Origin: Convolutriloba macropyga
Lineage: Eukaryota
DNA length: 64,000 nucleotides
Assembly (NCBI RefSeq): GCF_964194025.1
Contig: NC_134476.1
Span: 60,636,001-60,700,000, forward strand
Direction: 5' to 3'
Part shown: positions 62,341-64,000 of the stretch, piece after piece
How positions within the stretch are numbered: the first letter of the stretch is position 1
How the letters are laid out: every line of letters begins with the position of its first letter
Program-made: the position numbers and the translations under genes
The notes under the pieces: model-generated
Databases searched by the model: none
Told to the model about the DNA's origin: nothing
The model's input: the letters and a program-made list of their open reading frames with translations, nothing else

Positions 62341-63603
62341 TTTTATTTGTTTTGGTTCTGCTTAACAAAAATTTTTGCTCAAATTTTTCTTGAAATGAAT
62401 AGATCAAAATAAAACCTTTAATACCGCTATTGTGCATTGTTTGAGAATCTGATTTTTTCGGAGCATTGGAATTTGGAATATATACTTTTCAATTAGTAGC
62501 AGTGCCAGCGAAATGCTCTTTCAATGAAAATTGGCTATTTGTTTTCAAGCGCAGAATTTGTTGCCTATTGATTTGTTTTTTATATCGTATGCTGTTAAAG
62601 TTGATGCAATGTACGTCCGTTATTTCCTTAGATTATTGAAAGGTTTTGATTTAAAATAGATTATTGGACAAATTGAGCTATACCGTCTGTTGAGAACTTC
62701 ATTTTTGTTACTGATTTAGAAAAACAATAAGAAATTCCCTAAAATCAGAAATTTTTGATATGGAAAGTAAGACTTTTCTGCTATGCAATTTAACATATGC
62801 ATGGATTCCTGTGTTGTTTTGTTTCGTCGTCTTACACTACACTTGTTTTCGTTTTACATTGTTCAGACAGCAAAGCAGAAAGATACAACTTTTCTGAACG
62901 TTTTCGTCTAACAGGTTTTGTTCACGTGACGCCATTCATTGCTTACTCTATCTAGCTAAAGGTTTGTGATCTTTTGCGTTGTGAGTTTATGGCCCTACGT
63001 CAGTTCCCTCTCTCCCCCAAGAAATTGACTTTTGCACTTTACAACTTAAGTTTAATATGAATTAGTTTAAATTCATAGAAACTCATATGTTTAATTAAGA
63101 CTCCTATTAAAAAGGTTTCTGCGGAGTTAATTTGAAAAAGCCGTATTAATATATCGCTAAAAGTTTTTTTGCAAATTTTCAAGTGGCTTTAACTTTTTCA
63201 ACTTTTTCTACGGCCAGCAAGGCTATTTTGCAGCTGTTTTGGCAACCTGAAGACTATGATTGACCACTGAAATGCTTTGAGTACAAAAAGACTTTTGATG
63301 TAAAATGCAAGGAAGCGATTACCAAGAAACTTGGAAATCTTATACTTGAGTCCACCTTTGAAAATTTATTAATTCGAGATTTTTTCACGATTAAATCTCT
63401 AAATAAAACCGGGGTTTATCGAAAAGGTCAACTTTTTTCAGTTGAACTACTGTTGGTTAAAATGGATTAAGATCAATTTAAAGTGATATCACGATGCCTA
63501 ACGTTTGAAAATGAGTTTGGAAGAATGTTAAGTTCAGAAACAATTTAATCGATAATCAGATTGTTAAATTTGTTTAATTGAAATCTGAAATAATATTGCG
63601 TCT

Positions 63604-64000
63604 TCTTATGTAAAAGGTTCACTTAGCCGTTCTTGCACTTTGATAGAATGTTCTGGAGTTTTTCCAGTGACTTTCAAGTAATTTCTTGACGTTTGACTTT
63701 AATTTTTGCATGATCTAAAATGCTCTCTTTCCAAAATTAAGTCTCTTGCTAAGCTCGACTTAATTAAGCTGAAATAGTCAAAATGTTAAAACTTGCAGTG
63801 AGCCATCCAGGCTTAAACCCATTCTGTCCGATTTTTCGGACGCTTGAGTTATTTTTGAACTACTCTTCTATCGCTTGCGCGCAATTCGTCAGACGTTAAT
63901 CCGTTGATGTTTATTTCTCAAAAATTACGTAGAAAGAAAGTTAAAATTTATGCGTCAAATGACGGGTTTTTCACGTGTTAATCTGTGCTGGTATTTTAGA
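63604..64000. repeat. ~400-bp near-identical direct repeat, copy 2 (runs off the window)
   Basis: See 61519-61914. Confidence 0.95.

Overview
AT-rich, intron-containing, transposon-dense animal genomic DNA with one 200-N scaffold gap. The neuropeptide repertoire suggests an acoel/xenacoelomorph, which is an inference. Left to right: a decayed minus-strand BEL/Pao LTR retrotransposon (1-~7.7 kb, runs off the left edge); an SGNH-esterase + PHD-finger retroelement remnant (8.2-8.9 kb); a 586-aa single-ORF multi-U1/matrin-type zinc-finger gene; an L2-type LINE tail; a ~16.5-kb modular patchwork tandem array whose recurring junction is a fragment of LINE reverse transcriptase; a two-exon multi-copy neuropeptide precursor gene that the ORF track misses entirely (131 aa, six KR-flanked M-x-G-Y/F peptides, intron carrying a Tc1 relic and a LINE fragment); a five-exon secreted IGFBP-domain protein gene with a second Cys-rich domain; and two families of non-autonomous Helentron/HINE-like elements, one carrying a tRNA-like Pol III cassette. 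All gene models were built by hand from splice-site and phase consistency. No database searches were run.
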